64,000 nt of DNA. It comes from Isurus oxyrinchus. Its lineage: Eukaryota. The DNA lies in NCBI GenBank assembly GCA_026770705.1, contig JANJGN010000038.1, positions 2,914,001-2,978,000 of the forward strand. The letters are read 5' to 3'. Position numbers and translations under genes: made by a program. How positions within the stretch are numbered: position 1 is the first letter of the stretch; every line of letters begins with the position of its first letter. Shown in pieces: positions 24,135 through 38,399 of the stretch. Under the pieces are notes generated by a model that did no database searches, was not told the origin of the DNA, and saw only the letters and a program-made list of their open reading frames with translations.

Positions 24135-24340
24135 AAAAAAAAACTCAGCAGGTCTGGCAGCATCTACGGAGGAAGAAACAGAATTAACGCTGCGAGTCTG
24201 TAGGACCCTTCTTCGGAGTCATGCGGAATCGAAACGTTAATTCTGTTTGGCTCTCCACAGATGCAGCCAGGCCTGTTGAGGTTTTCCAGTATTTACTGTT
24301 TTTGTTTCAGATTTCCAGCATTCGCAGTATTTTGCTTTCA
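24135..24340. repeat. Penelope-derived terminal (pLTR) repeat arranged as an inverted pair
   Basis: Arm 24141-24189 (aaactcagcaggtctggcagcatc...gaattaacg) is inverted relative to 24235-24285 and is homologous to the element end at 60110-60190. Confidence 0.8.
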
Positions 24341-27339
24341 CATGAGGAGATATTTGGACAGATGTAAAAAAAAAATGTTTGGTCAGTGTGCTATTAAGAA
24401 TCTTCGTAAGGAGGTAAAGTGTTGTAGGAATGTGGAGATGTGTCGGGGCGGAATTACAGCGCCCAGGGCCTTGCCCGCGGAAGGCACAATTATGGAGTGA
24501 TAAAAATTGAGGGTGTACAACAGGCCGGATTTGGTAGCGTTCACTTATCTCGACGGATAGTAGGCCTGAAGAAAACTATAAAGATAATAAGGGGTGAGGT
24601 CACGAAGGGATTTGAAAACCAGAAATAGAATTCTAAAATGCTCACATATCCAGATATCAATAAATGTCCCATGAGCTCGAGTGTGTTAAATTTATTATAC
24701 ATTTGGATGCACAGGATAATGCGTGGTTCCAACACAATAGTATTCATCGGTAAGCTACTGAGCGTCAGTGTTCTTGATATATATGGGTGTTATTGCTCCC
24801 CAGTGTTCCGCACATACGTTATGCTTTGAAGCCTTATTCATTCACATGGACAAGCTTGTGCACACCGTTTCTGCCCACGCCTATATTATTGAATGATTTA
24901 CTACATATCTCCTGTAGAATGTCTCTTCTGATGAACGGCAAGTGAGACACTGTCTTCAGCATAGTAAGACTGACCGCCCTGGACATTATATAGCTCAACC
25001 ACAGAGCGTGGAGGGGGCAAAGTTTGCAGATTTTAATACGTAATATACAATTATCTATTTTTAAAAAAAAGCTTTTTTCAAAAAAAAAGCTTACTATGGC
25101 AATTCGAAACCGGTGCGCTTGAACTTATAAGGGTCAGTGCAACTGACTCATAACACGCTCCCCTTTATACTCCAGCCAAATGTGAAACAGTAAACATACT
25201 ATTAATCAACTGACATTGTTTTTTTTTCGACCTGCCTACACGTTTTAATTAATCGTAAGCTTGGCTGTTATGTTTTCGCTCCTCTACATTAGCTAACTTC
25301 CGCCAGTTTGTAACATTATCCAAGAGCCTGAGATAGTGGCAATATAAAGTGCAAAGTTGGAGTGGAATTCATGAAATAAGTACAAATCATAACTTTCCAT
25401 CTCAAGAACTAAGGACAGCAATGGATCTAGTTCTAGGAAATGAAATGTTGCTAGCGGAGCGTGGTTCATTGGGAAAATATTTCAGAAACAGTAATCATAA
25501 TATCATCATAACAGCGTCAGCTATAGAATTTGGGGATCACCATTCATCTGAAACTAAATTGGAACAACTATGTAAATATTGTAACTACAAAATGAAGCAG
25601 ATCAGTGACTGGGAATTATGAGGCGAGTAACTCATCTCTTGACCACTTCCCCTCACCCCCAACCTCCCAAAGCCCTGTAAAACATCATCGAGATACGAGT
25701 AAGAAATGTGATGGAATATCTCTTCTCGACTGGATCAGTGCACTTCCAACAATCATAACAAAGCTCGGCGCCATCCTGGACAAGGAAGCCGAACAATATA
25801 CCAAACATTCATTCGGAGTACCAGCACTGTATAGCATTCATAATGATCAAGGCAGCAACCCATAACTCCTGTCAATCTGAATACATATCGTTTAATCTCT
25901 AAACTCTGCCTCCTACCTCCCATCCAAGACACAAACTATGGCAAATGGGTACATGCTTATAAATTTGTTGTATTTCGTTGTGAGTTGACAACACATAAAT
26001 TAAACATATTTCAGGAATTCCTCTCCCTTTTTGCATTTTACATTGCCGCTATGTCCGTATATATTAAGATAATTGAAGCCCCGTTTGTCACTACAATGTA
26101 ATCACATGTTCGTTCTGTAATTTGGCTCCAAATTTGCTTTTCAACCTTAATAATTCAGAGTTTATGGTAAATTCTCGGACATATTAGACTTCAACATAGA
26201 TAATTGATTGTTGATAAGCAAATATACTGGACAGCTAACCGACTTATTCAAAGTAGGTAGGCAGGTACAACAATAATGAATAATGCTCAATAACATTTTT
26301 TACCATTTTACATGCGACTAGAATAAACTGTGGGCTATGTTATGTCTGAGTTGTAGAAGCTTCGATGTAAGTTTAAGTGCAGCATGGAAATTGCGTTCTC
26401 ATCATTTCTAATAATCTCTGATACATATATCTATCTATATATAAATCCAAAGGCCTACAGTTTCCTGTTTTAACTCTTCCAGGCATTTTAAATAACGGAA
26501 TTAAATTCGAAATGTCCCTTTCCTTCCGATCACGATTTACAACAAACACTCACAGAAGCCCAATTTACCCACCCGCAACACTGCTGCTCCCACTTCTGCC
26601 CCCACCTGTCCCCACCCGGACTCTTATCCGGCTCCAGCTCTGCACTCCATTGGGCATTGGCTGCAGTCGGAGTATTCACCACCCCTCCAGTTTCTGCAGC
26701 CGGCATTGGAAAGTTGCCAGCCACTGGATTGGCCAGTATCTCTTGATGGCTGGAAGTGATCCCGGATGGGGGTGGAAGTCATAAAGTGAACCAATTTACA
26801 AACCGATGTCCATTCACTCCGCAGTCTTCACTCTGAATTTTAAGTTGCTGAACGCGTCCAACGCCTGTCGCTATGTTTCCATCGTGGATGGAATTAATCA
26901 AGGAAATTGGTGAGGCCAGGTCTGGAGCAGCGTGTGCTGTTTGTGTCCCCGGCCTTATGGAAAGATGTACTTCTCCTAGTGGGAGTAAATTTAATGCTCG
27001 CTAGTTTGTTTCAGTTGTGAGAGGAATTTCATATAACGATAAATTTAGCCTATACTCTCTGAAGTTTCGGGAATGAGAGACAAATGCATTGTAAGGCAAA
27101 AATAAACCTCTTAGGGAGATTTATAGGCTAAATGCTAAGGTGTTTCTTCTGCTCGGAGGGTCTAGAATTGGGCTTCATTCCCTCTGCTAAGTGGCGAGTC
27201 ATTTGCTACCGTGATGATTAAAAAACAAAAATCGTCATTTAGAGGGATCAACACTTTCAGATTTTTCTACCAAGAGAATAAAGATCCTGACTTGGAACTA
27301 TATCCCCGATCCTTCACTGTCGTTAGGTGAAAATCATAC

Positions 27340-29935
27340 AGTCACAGGGTCATGGAGGGCTACAGCATAAAAAAGGCCCTTCGGCCCTTCGAGTCTGCAC
27401 CGGTCAAACAAGTACCTTACAATTCTAATCCCATTTTCCAGCACTAGACCCATAGCCTTGTATGCCATGGCATCGCAAGTGCATATCCAAATGCTGCTTA
27501 AATGTTATGAGGTTTTCTGCATCTACCACCCTTTCAGGCAGTGGGTTGCAGATTCTCACAACCCTCAGGGTTAAAGAATTCTTCCACACATCGCCCCTTA
27601 ATGTCCTGCCCCTTACATTAAATCTATTGCCACTAGTTATTGATCTCTCCACCGAGGAGAAAGGTTCATTCCTGTCTACCCTATCTATACACCTCATAAT
27701 TTTATACACCTCAATCCTATCCCCCCTCAATCTCCTCGGTGCTAAGGAAAGTAACCCCAGTTTATCCAGTCTCTCCTCTTAACTAAAATTCCCCAGCCCA
27801 GGCAACATCTGGTAAATCTCTTCTGCACTCTCTCTAGTGCAATCTCATCCTTCCTATAATGTGGATTCCAGAACTGTACATAATACTCTAGCTGTGGCCT
27901 AATCAGCGCTTTATTCAGTTCCAGCATAAAATCCCTGACTTATACTCAATGCCTCGGCTAATAAAGGCAAGTATCCTATAAACCTTCTTAACCACCTTAT
28001 CTACCTGCCCTGCTAACTTAAGTGACCGGTGGACATGTACACCAAGATACCTCTGACCCTCGATATTTCCCAGGGTCCTATCATTTATTACGTATTCCCG
28101 TACATTTTTTGTCCTGCCCCAGTGCATCATCTCACAATTATCTGAATAAAATTCCATTTACCACTGATCAGCCCATCTGACCAACTGTCTATGAACTCGT
28201 GTAATCTAAGGCTATCCCCCTCACAATTTACCATGCCACCAATTTTAATGTCATTTATGAATTTACTAATCAACCCTCCTATGTTCAAGTCTAAATCATT
28301 TATATTTACCACAAACAGCGAAGGATGCAACACTGATCTCTGTGGAAACTCAATGGACACAGGCATCCAGTCACAAAAGCAATCCTGGCCATCACACTCT
28401 GCTTCCTCCACACAGCCAATTCTCGATCCAATTTTCCAAATTGCCTTGGATCCCATGAGCTCTTACCTTCGGTATCAGTCTTCCATGCGGGGCCTTACCA
28501 AAAGCCTTGCTGAAGTCCAAGTATGCTACCACAAATGCATTGTCCTCATCTACACGCATAGTCACCATTTTGAAAAATTCAATCAAATTGGTCAGACATG
28601 ATCTCTTCCTAACAAAGCCATGCTGACTGTCCTTGACTGAACACTTCCTCTCCAAGTGTAGATTAATTTTGTCTCTCAGAATTACTTCCAATAGCTTCCC
28701 GACCACTGAGGTGAGGCTGACTGGTCTGCAGTTCCCTGGTTTATCCCTTCCTCCCTTCTTGAAAAATGACACCACGTTGGCTGCTGCCTGTCCTCTGGCA
28801 ACTCTTCAATGGAAAGAGAGGTATTGAAAGTTATTGCCAGCGGCCCTGCTATCTCCTCCCATGTCTCAGTCAACAGCCTGCGACATATTTCATTCAGAAT
28901 TGGAAATTTATCTACTTTTGTGCCTGCCAGGCCACTTAGGAACTCCATTCTTTCTATGCTAATTTACTTAATTATATTACAGTACTTCTGCCTGATTTCC
29001 TTACCCACGTTGTCCCTTTCACCAGTGAACACCGACACAAAGTATTCATTTTGAACATACCTACATCTTTCGGTCCCACCCACAAATTACCACCATGGTC
29101 CTTAATGGACCCTACTCTTTCCCTATTTATCCTCTTGCTCCTAAGATGCATGTAAAATAACTTTGCATTTCCCTATATTTTACCTGTTTTTTGATGCCCC
29201 CTTTTTTCTCTCCTAATTTCCTTTTTAACTCCCTCCTACACATTCTATACTCCTCTATGGATTCCGGTGTTTTGAGCCTTTGGTATCTCCCGTAAGCCTC
29301 TGCTTTTCTCTTTATCCAATCTTGTCTACCCCTCGACATCCAGGGTCCCCGGAATTTGTTGGACTCACCCTTTGTCTTTAATGGCATATGTTGGCCCTGT
29401 ACTCTTTACATTTCCTTCTTGAATGGGCCCCACTGTTCTGAGGCAGATTTACTTTAAAGTCGCTGCTCCCAGTCCAATCTGACCAAATCATATCTGCTCT
29501 CATTAAAATCGGCCTTCCCCCAATTTAGAACTCCGATTTCTGGCTCATCCTTGTCCTTTACCATAACAATCTTGAATCTACTGGAGCTTTGATCACTATC
29601 TGCAAAATGTTCCCCCACTGATACCTCTACCACTTTCCCGGCTACAGGACCGCCCCATGTTGTGTTGGACCTTCCACGTACAGGCTTAAAAAAGCTCTTC
29701 TGGATGCATTTTAAGAAATTCTGCTCCCTCTAAACGTATAACTCTATGATTAATCCAAACAATGTTGGGGACGTTGAAACCCCCCACCATTAATACTCTA
29801 TTATTTTTACACTTATATGATATTTTCTTACATATCTGCTCTTCCAATTCTCTTTGACTGATTGGGGGCCTATAGTACATTCCCAAAATGTGCTCGTGTT
29901 TTGTTTTTAAATTCTACACATATGGCTTCATTTGG
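27340..29935 (-). mobile_element. CR1 LINE, about 2.6 kb, endonuclease end + RT + 3' end
   Basis: GMYYRPP...MVGGFNVPNIVW; NCRPVSLTSVVGKLLE...QHGFVRKRSCLTNLIEFF...YLDFSKAFGKAPH; RGDRIEVYKIM. Confidence 0.9.
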
Positions 29936-30539
29936 GTAGAAAGCTTTTCCTGACAGCACTGTGGGAGCACCTATACCACAGGGACTGTAACAGTTCAGGA
30001 AGGCGGCTCACCACCACTTTGTCAAAGGCAATTATGGATGAGTAATTAATAATGTCCTAGCCAGCAACAACAAAACCCCATGAACGAATAAATAAAAGCT
30101 GAGGATATGAATTTTGGGAAAGATATAAATCTTACACTATGGAATCAAGGGATTGTTGGATAGATGTGGAGGGGGAAGGTGCCGTTTGATCCCGCATGTA
30201 AAGATTTCAGTGTGTCCATCAATCACTGAAACTGCTCCAAAATATCAACAACTTGCACCTATGTTAATATACCCATCACGCTCTTCCGAAATCCATTCCA
30301 ATCATTTTAACAACTGAAGTCATTCCAAAGGTTCAGACGTTCGGTATTCTTGCCAAATCCGCAGATAATTAAGTTTCTGTGGGAAGAACCTTTGGAATAT
30401 AAAGTCTGGGAAAGTTAGTCGCACAATCCCTGAATATTAAACAGTGATCCACATGCCAGGCTTTCAGCATTCATTTCATAATCGGGTCATCTGGGAATTC
30501 GACAGAGGAATGAATTTCAACCATACCATCAGAGACTGG

Positions 30540-31270
30540 GAACAGCGCAGAAAGAAGCTATTCTGATCGCCATGCCCGTGCCCGTTCTCTGCAGCAGCCA
30601 CTCATCTAGACCCAATTCTCCGCCCTGCATTGTTTCTCTCTCAGATAATTATGCAATTCCCTTTTCAAGCCATGACTGATTCTCCCTCCAGGGCATTCCA
30701 GAGCCTATCCGCTTGCTGAGTGAAAGCAACATTACTTTTATTCCCTTCCCTTGTGTGACATTTTTCACCTTAAATAAGTTTCCCCTCGTTCTTGATTCTT
30801 CCGCCAATGGAACAGTTTCTCGCTTTGTTTTCTGTCCAGGCACATCATAATTTTTATTACTTCTATAAAATCTGCTCTGGCCCTTCTATTCTCCAAGTTG
30901 AACAGCCACAGTTTTTCTAAACCACCCGTGCAACGAAAACACCTCTTCCCTGGAACCGTTTTTGAAATTCGCTCCTGTACCCTAATTAATGCCTTCAGAT
31001 CCTTCCGAATGTGTAGAGACCAGAACTGATCATAATATTCCATTTAATGTCAAGCATTTGTGTGACAACCTGCTTGTTTTTGCATCATATGCTTCTAATT
31101 ATGAAGCCCCCGATTAGCTATAACTTTTTAACCATGTTTTCAACTTGTTCTGTTGCATCAATTGGTTTCTGCAAATATACCCCGCAGGTCACTCTGCGCC
31201 TCCATTCCCCTGAGGAAAGTGCCCTTATTTATTCATTGCCTTGCCTCGTTCTTCCTGCCAAAATTTATCA
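30540..31270 (-). mobile_element. Degenerate CR1 3' fragment
   Basis: EYYDQFWSLHIRKDLKALIRVQ...LEKLWLFNLENRRARADFIEVIKIM. Confidence 0.75.
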
Positions 31271-31276
31271 CTTCAT

Positions 31277-31775
31277 TAAAAGCAAAATACTGCCGATGCT
31301 GCAAAACTGAAACAAAAGCAAAAATATCTGGAAAAACTCATCAGGCCTGACAGCATCTGCGGAGAGGAACACAGTTAACGTTTCCAGTCTGTTTGACCCT
31401 TCTTCAGAATTAAGGAAATATACAAATGAGGTAAAATATAATTTACTTGAGGGGCGTGGGACTGATAGAACTAGACAAAGGGCCAGTGATAGTTGAAGAC
31501 AAAGAAGAGATTCCTAAAGATGTAATAGGCAAAAGGACGAGGGGGTGTTGACGGTGGTGATATTATCTAAGGAATGTGCTAATGGTGAAATTAAGGGTGG
31601 AAAGCAGGACAACCAAGTGAAAGATGGCCCTAGTGGGGGTGGGTTGGGGGGAAGGGATCGAAATGGGTTAAAAGGTAGAGATAAACCGATAGATAACATG
31701 GACTCAAAACGTTAACTATATTCCTCTCTGCTGTCAGACCTGGTGAGTTTTTCCAGCTATTTTTGTTTCTTTCAC
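31277..31775. mobile_element. Non-autonomous Penelope-derived fragment with inverted pLTR ends
   Basis: ctggaaaaactcatcaggcctgacagcatc...gttaacgtttccagtc...gacccttcttcag, and the interior resembles 60100-60520. An inverted copy lies at 31700-31770. Confidence 0.75.
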
Positions 31776-34700
31776 TCCAACGTTGTCTAAAGTTACATCT
31801 ATCACTTGTCCACCTATTCCACCAGTGTGCCCATGTCCTCTTCAAATCGATGGCTATCCATCCAACAAGTTTGCAATACATCCACGATTTCAACAATGCG
31901 TCAATGTTGAAATTGTTTCCTTGCAAACCCTAGTCCAAGCACTAAATATATAACAAGGAAAACAGTTATCCTAGTACCTGCTGCTGGAGAACCCTACTTC
32001 ATGCCTTCCTCCAGTTAGAAAAAAAATCATAATTCATCACTGCTCTTTGTTATCTGTCACTCATCCATCTTCGGATCTAGCATGCCACTCTGCCTTTTAT
32101 ACAATGGCATTAACATTGCTGGCAAGCGTGTTATTTTGAAAATTTCCAACACTTTCTTTCTCCTCATCAAAACCTCAGAACAAAATGAACTGCACCAAAA
32201 TTTATGCAAGTCACGACATATCCTCTTAGATCAATCATGATGAACTTGTCATTTCCATGGGGCTCTCTATAGTGGCTGTAGATACCCAAAACAATAACTA
32301 ACTAAGGAGGACCATTGCACATACAATCACTCTCAGTGCAAGAATAGATGTAGATACCCACCACAGATGCTATACTGAGTGAATCCTTGAAACGAAGAAA
32401 CATCTCGGGATTGAAAAATGAAAATCTCTTTTCATGACCGTTTTCAAGATCATGGTAACGCAAAATGCGACTCTGTTTTGCACCACTTTACTGTTATTAG
32501 TAATAGATATCTCCGTCATAGCAGACCTTCTGAACTAAACACATTTTGTGAATAAATAGCACAAAAAAATGAACGTTGGACGGCCTGGTCATGAAGCATA
32601 CTTGGTTTCAAAACAAGCTTTCCATAACGTTCCACATCAAAGGCTGTAGCAGCAGATTAAAAAATTGCGGGAGGAAGTTTTATTGACTGCTGGTGACAAC
32701 TATTCGCCAGGCGCCTGCCTAAGGTTTAATGGTATGGATAAAAGGTGAAGATGGCGTAGCATTTCGCTGAAGAATGTTAAGTATTCAATTCTAGTTAGGG
32801 GTTTTGTTTAGTGTTTAAAAAGGTGGGCTGCCCAAGTATGGGGCTCAAGCTGCCCACATTATTCAAGTGATCCCAATTCAGAAAGAAATGCAAGATGGCC
32901 GAGATCGCAGAAGAAATGTATTGGAATTTCGTTAAGCACACAATCAGTTGGTTACTGGGGGCTAGTTATTTGGTGTCTGTCCGGATAGGACTACGACAAA
33001 TTAAATACAATGCAAGCAATTAACCTTGAAATTATGAAGTGGAACGCGCTACCTTGAGGATGAAAGTTAAGCTGAAATGGATGGGGTAGGGGCCGAGTTT
33101 ATGTCTTCAAATTATGGGGGCATAATTCAGCCAGCCAAAGGTGTAAAATCGGGAGGGTAGATTGGCAGTTTGGTAGAGAGATCCTTCCGACTTGCCTACC
33201 TTTTTTGATAAACAGCGATTGATTCTCCTCTCTGTTACCCAGGCCATTGTATCCAGGTTGGTGCTAAAGGCAAACACTGATCCCTGAAAATGTAATAGAG
33301 ATCAGAGCCTTGTTCGATAAAGTAATGATTTCTAATCCATACCGCCACCTTGGTAGGGTAGCCCTCTAAGTCTGTTGGTTTATCCTGACACCTTGAACAT
33401 TTCAGGTCAAGCCTTGAAACTAGATTTCAACTCGGGTACTTGTGTCACAACAGTAAGGCCCAAGCACTGGCAATGGTGCTGGGTGGCGTTAACAGAGGAT
33501 ATTCCTACAGTCAGAGGATCAGAATATTAGAAGGCCTCAGGAAAGTGCAGATCTTTGACCTATAAATGAGGTGAATCTATGAGTTTAATACAAGAAATGA
33601 AGCCGGAGATCAAATTTAAATTGAGTGCACATCAATTGAACACAGGCACAAACTGGTAACTGGCGCATTTCTGACTGATTTTTGATAGAACTTGTATAGA
33701 CCAAGAATTAGCAATCCCTGGAAGGGTATTCTGGTAGGGATGTGGAAATAAAATCTGGAAATGGTGCAAGAGTCTTCTGGGCTTCTGGCAGTTGAATCAA
33801 GAGAATATGATTCTTTCATTTTTGCTTATGTTTGATGTCTGCCTGAATGGTCTCAGCCTCACCATTACTAACCCGAGTAACAGTTACATTGATACACTTG
33901 GCAGGGGCATGCCAAACATAACGAATACCCTCCTTTTTTTTCAAATTGACACTAAGTCTAAATTTCCCAACTTTATCACCATAATTCGGCCCACCTCTGC
34001 AGGTTTCGCTTTGGGGAGGGATGTTGTATTGATAGTTGTGTAAAAAGGCGCATGACAACGATTCATCAGCCCATTTAACGTCTGCCTGGGATTTAAAATT
34101 CATTTGTGCCGTGCTTGGAATCTGAACACCAACGTCAACAAGCATATCAATCCAGAGCATATGTTCCTCATGTTCTCTAAAATCCGCTCACTATAATAGG
34201 ATTCATTTTCCATGTGCGGTCACATGGTCACAAATAATCAGCATTTACGGATGAATCAAGTAAGGAACCGGCTACAGACCCAACCCAATTTAGCACTAAT
34301 CCCGGTGATAAACTTACAGTGCCCAAATTTCAGTGCACTTTTGATTGATGCATGTTGTTTCAGGAATACAAATCAACGAACAGAAGTCCAAATGAACGGC
34401 GATGCAATCGCTTAAATTAACTGCTTAGGGGTGAACATTATCTATACACGTGTATCTTATACTTCAGCGACTACAAAAGTCTCCCATTGCCCGTGAAATG
34501 TTTTGACGTGTCATACGGTGGTGAAAGACGCTATAGTACGTTCTTTTATGTAAATACTACTAATTAATCCACACACACGCACACATCTATAAATGCACAC
34601 AGTAATACACACACGCACAGATATAAATATATCACAATAAATAAATCAAGCTTGAGTTCAGCCAATCAATATCATTGATGTTCACCGCAACATACAGGCG

Positions 34701-35929
34701 GGGTTCGCCCCGATGTCACTAATAACCTCCAGTTCTGGTATCATAAGGAACTAAAACAAGGAACTGACTCTTTCCTTGAATGTGATCACCATTATATCCT
34801 CTCTTCCATATTGCCAACTAGTGATGATAATGTGTTCCCCAATTCAGTCAACCTCCAGAACACTTTTCAACTTATTAAAATACAGTTGACTTGCAACAGA
34901 CACAGATTAAGACCATGTCATGCATCGCAAACTGTCCTAAACCACATCCTTATCACCGGGATGGAGTTATCTCAACTATTGCACGTTTCAGCTTATGGCT
35001 GACACGTCGGCATTGCAAGCCAAATATTGAATATTGATTCAGTTCCTCACACAAGTTCTCAGCCAGAAACTGCTCTCAAAGCAGGTTGACAAATATGGGG
35101 GAGGTAACTAAAAATAACACTGTAAACCTTTCAGTTCCGCAATATATTCGTGACAAATATTTGAGAATCGTGCACAACACATTTCAGAGCTGAACCAGCG
35201 AGTTCACTGTTGAGCCAGCGAGCGTCCAAAAGTGGATTAGTAGGAAGCACAGACTAATGAAGGTTCAAATATTTGTTACTGGAAAATCGAAGAATTTGCA
35301 ATAAATGAGCACAATAGAATCTGAGACTTTTATTTAAATCTCTTATCGATAGCAGTCCAGATGGCTGCTTAGCCGTGCTCAGTTAGCTTGCATTCTGGGA
35401 ACTGAGCACTATTTTTCAGCATACTGATGACGTTTTCCACCTAATGGTTAGATCATAAATGATTATATTTGCTTAAAGACACACAAGTAAACCCATATAT
35501 TAACGACTATTGTTATTTGTCTATCAATTAATCTCACTTCAGCTGAGTTGATCGGCGAACAATTCTTTCATTTTTTAAGGCAAGGCAGAACTCACAACTG
35601 AGTATTTATTTGTGATTTTCTGCTGGTATTAAAAAATCATAAAATATGTAAATTGGGGGCGAAACCGCCCAATGTTCAGTAGTTTTAGCACCTGCAAATC
35701 ACATTCATATTTCTGTACCGCTTTCTTGTGAACCATGTAAATTTGGAGCAGGTTCGCACAGATGGACGGCAAACAGGAAGTACCGAAAGGTGCAATGGAA
35801 CAATGTCACGCCTGATATCTCCAAGAAGGTGAAGGTGACTAATAATGACAACATCGACTAATGATACAAACATTGCTATTTTCTACTGAGGGGCTGCTTT
35901 GGGGGAATGTTATGCTACAGAATGGGGGT

Positions 35930-37940
35930 AACGGACGGGGATAATATTTGAGGAGGGGAAAGGAAGAAGTGGTGCAGGGATATTTAAAGAACCGTCACAA
36001 GTTGAGAAGTTTGTTTATAGGATAAAAGCGATCTTTGGTTTTATTAGTAAAGGTATAGACCACAGAAGATTTTCCACTTTTTTAAATAAATCAATGATTA
36101 TGCATCCGCTGCAGTTTTGCATTTCATTCCAGGTACTACAATTTAGGAACAATACCAAGATCTCGAAACTGAGATTTAACAACGATTATGGACTTCAGTT
36201 TTGTGGGGAAATCTTTCCCTGTTCTTCCTATAAAAAATGTGACAAGGAGATATAATCAAGATGCTCAAAATGTTTAGAGCTTTGGATGGGCCCGAAAAAG
36301 ATTAAGCACTTCAGTTGTAAGAGGGTCTGCAACCTTGGAACGCAAATTCAAAATAAACGGTAAAGAAACAGAGAGCAGGAGAACAAGTTATTTTTATTAC
36401 ATAATGTGCTGTGGTTTGGCTTGAACTGGTAGTGCAAGCAGGTGCACCATTGATTCAAATGAAAACTGGACATGTAATTAGAAAGTGATTAGATAATAAT
36501 ATTTGCAGTGGTGTCGGTAAAGGAGAAGTAAGTGGGAATTCTTGAATAGCTATTAGAGACAGAGAGAGAGCGAACTGGCATATGCACGTTTGGAGGATTT
36601 ACAACTCCATGATTATATTATTCTGTGAATGTGATAAATAAGGAAATCTGTGAATGGAATTTTTAATAATTAGTATGGAATGCCTTCCTATTTCTCACTG
36701 AGATGGCATAATATAATGGACTTTGGTGGGCCGGGGAAATAGGCGCTGCAGTAATGGTAAACTCACTTGACTGATAAACCAGAGGCTCAGGATTATGCTC
36801 TGTGGACATTGGTTCATATTGCAACTCAGCAGCTGGTGCACTTTAAATTCAATTAACAAATCAGTAATGGTGACTAGAAAGTCAGCAGCCTGCCACCCTG
36901 TAACGCCATACCCACAGTAAAGGGACTAACTTTTAACTGCCCTCTGAAATTGCAGAGCGAAACTTTGAGCTCAGGGGCAATTAGGGATGGGTAACAAACG
37001 TTAATCTTACCAGCGGTGCCCACATCGCATCAAAGAATAGAAAAAGGAAGATAGATTAGTGCAGTGTTTATTAATGTTGAGAACAGTGTGCAACTTGTCG
37101 ATTCTGAAATTATTGCTGCCCAGCATTTGATAAAAGCTTCAAGCGGAAATGTGGGGGGATGTGTTTTGGCAGAAGGGGTAGGGAAAGGCAATATCAATTC
37201 AGTGGCGAAGTTCTCAATAGTGCGCAGGGGCAGAGGGTCCTGAGGGTGCATGTGCATTGGCCTTTGCAAGTAACATGAATTTATTGAGAGACTGAATTGC
37301 GAAGCAGTGGGATCTTGACACTCAGAAAGAGAAACATTGTGTACAAAAACAAGGAAATTGCACAGGTCTTGTTGGGCCACAACTAAACTATAGCATCGAG
37401 TTCTAGCCTTCACATCTTAGCAAGGATTTCATGGTCCTTGAGAGGGTGCAGAGAAGGTTTAGCAGGAAGATTGTAGGGATTTAGGGCTGGGGATCAGGAG
37501 GGGGGAGACTGCGCGCTGGCGGGGGTGCAGGATGTTAGCTACAAGGTTAGTTTGGGGAAACTGGGGTTGTTCTTCTTTGCACATAGAAGATTGAGCGGAG
37601 GTGGGATAACATTGTAAAAAATTGTAGCTCGTTTGGAGGAGGCAGGCTAGGGCTTTTCCCAGATTATTTGATGGGAATGGAACTATCGGGCACAAGTTCA
37701 AGATTTTGGGCAAAAGACGCCGGGGAAATGATAGGAACAGCTTGTCTTTGTAATGCAGCAAGTGACAAGGCCCTGAACTCACTGCCCACAATGGTGCTGG
37801 AAGCAGAGACCAATGATGATTTCAAAAGGAAACTCAATGCGGCCTTGAAATAACTTATGCTTAGGGTTAGGTGGATAAAGGGAGAAATGGGACTGACTGC
37901 ATTGCTCCATGGAGAGTGGGCACAGACTCAATGGACTGAA
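35930..37940 (+). mobile_element. Degenerate + strand CR1 fragments with an intervening tRNA-like SINE (about 36745-37030)
   Basis: CR1 3' features (gttagctacaaggttagtttggggaaactggggttgttc...). The SINE is similar to the copy at 39560-39930. Confidence 0.6.
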
Positions 37941-38399
37941 AAATCAACAGCGAGGGTTAATAGGACTTTGCATCACTTCCATACGAAGTAGCAGCAGATA
38001 AAGGCCATTCGGTCCATTGAGTCTGCTCCGTCGTTCAATGAGATCATGGCTGATTTTATAATCCTCAAATTCACTTCCCTGCCTTTTCCCCATAGCCCTT
38101 GATTCCCTTACTGAATGGAAATCTGTCTATCTCAGCCTCGAATATACTTAACGACCCAATTTGTACAGCCCTCTGAGGTAAAAAATTCCACAGATTGACT
38201 ACCCTCTGAGAGAAGAGATTCCTTCTGATCGGGAAGTTTGCAAACCTTCAGTACTGCACTGGATCGTCAGACTAGAAAAGGTGCTGAAGCTTCTGGAGTT
38301 GGATTTTAAGCCCTGTTTTCGTCATTGTGAAATGGTATTACAGCGACTGCGGCAGGACTGACTGTGTACTGTTTATAACATTACCTGGCAACATGCATT

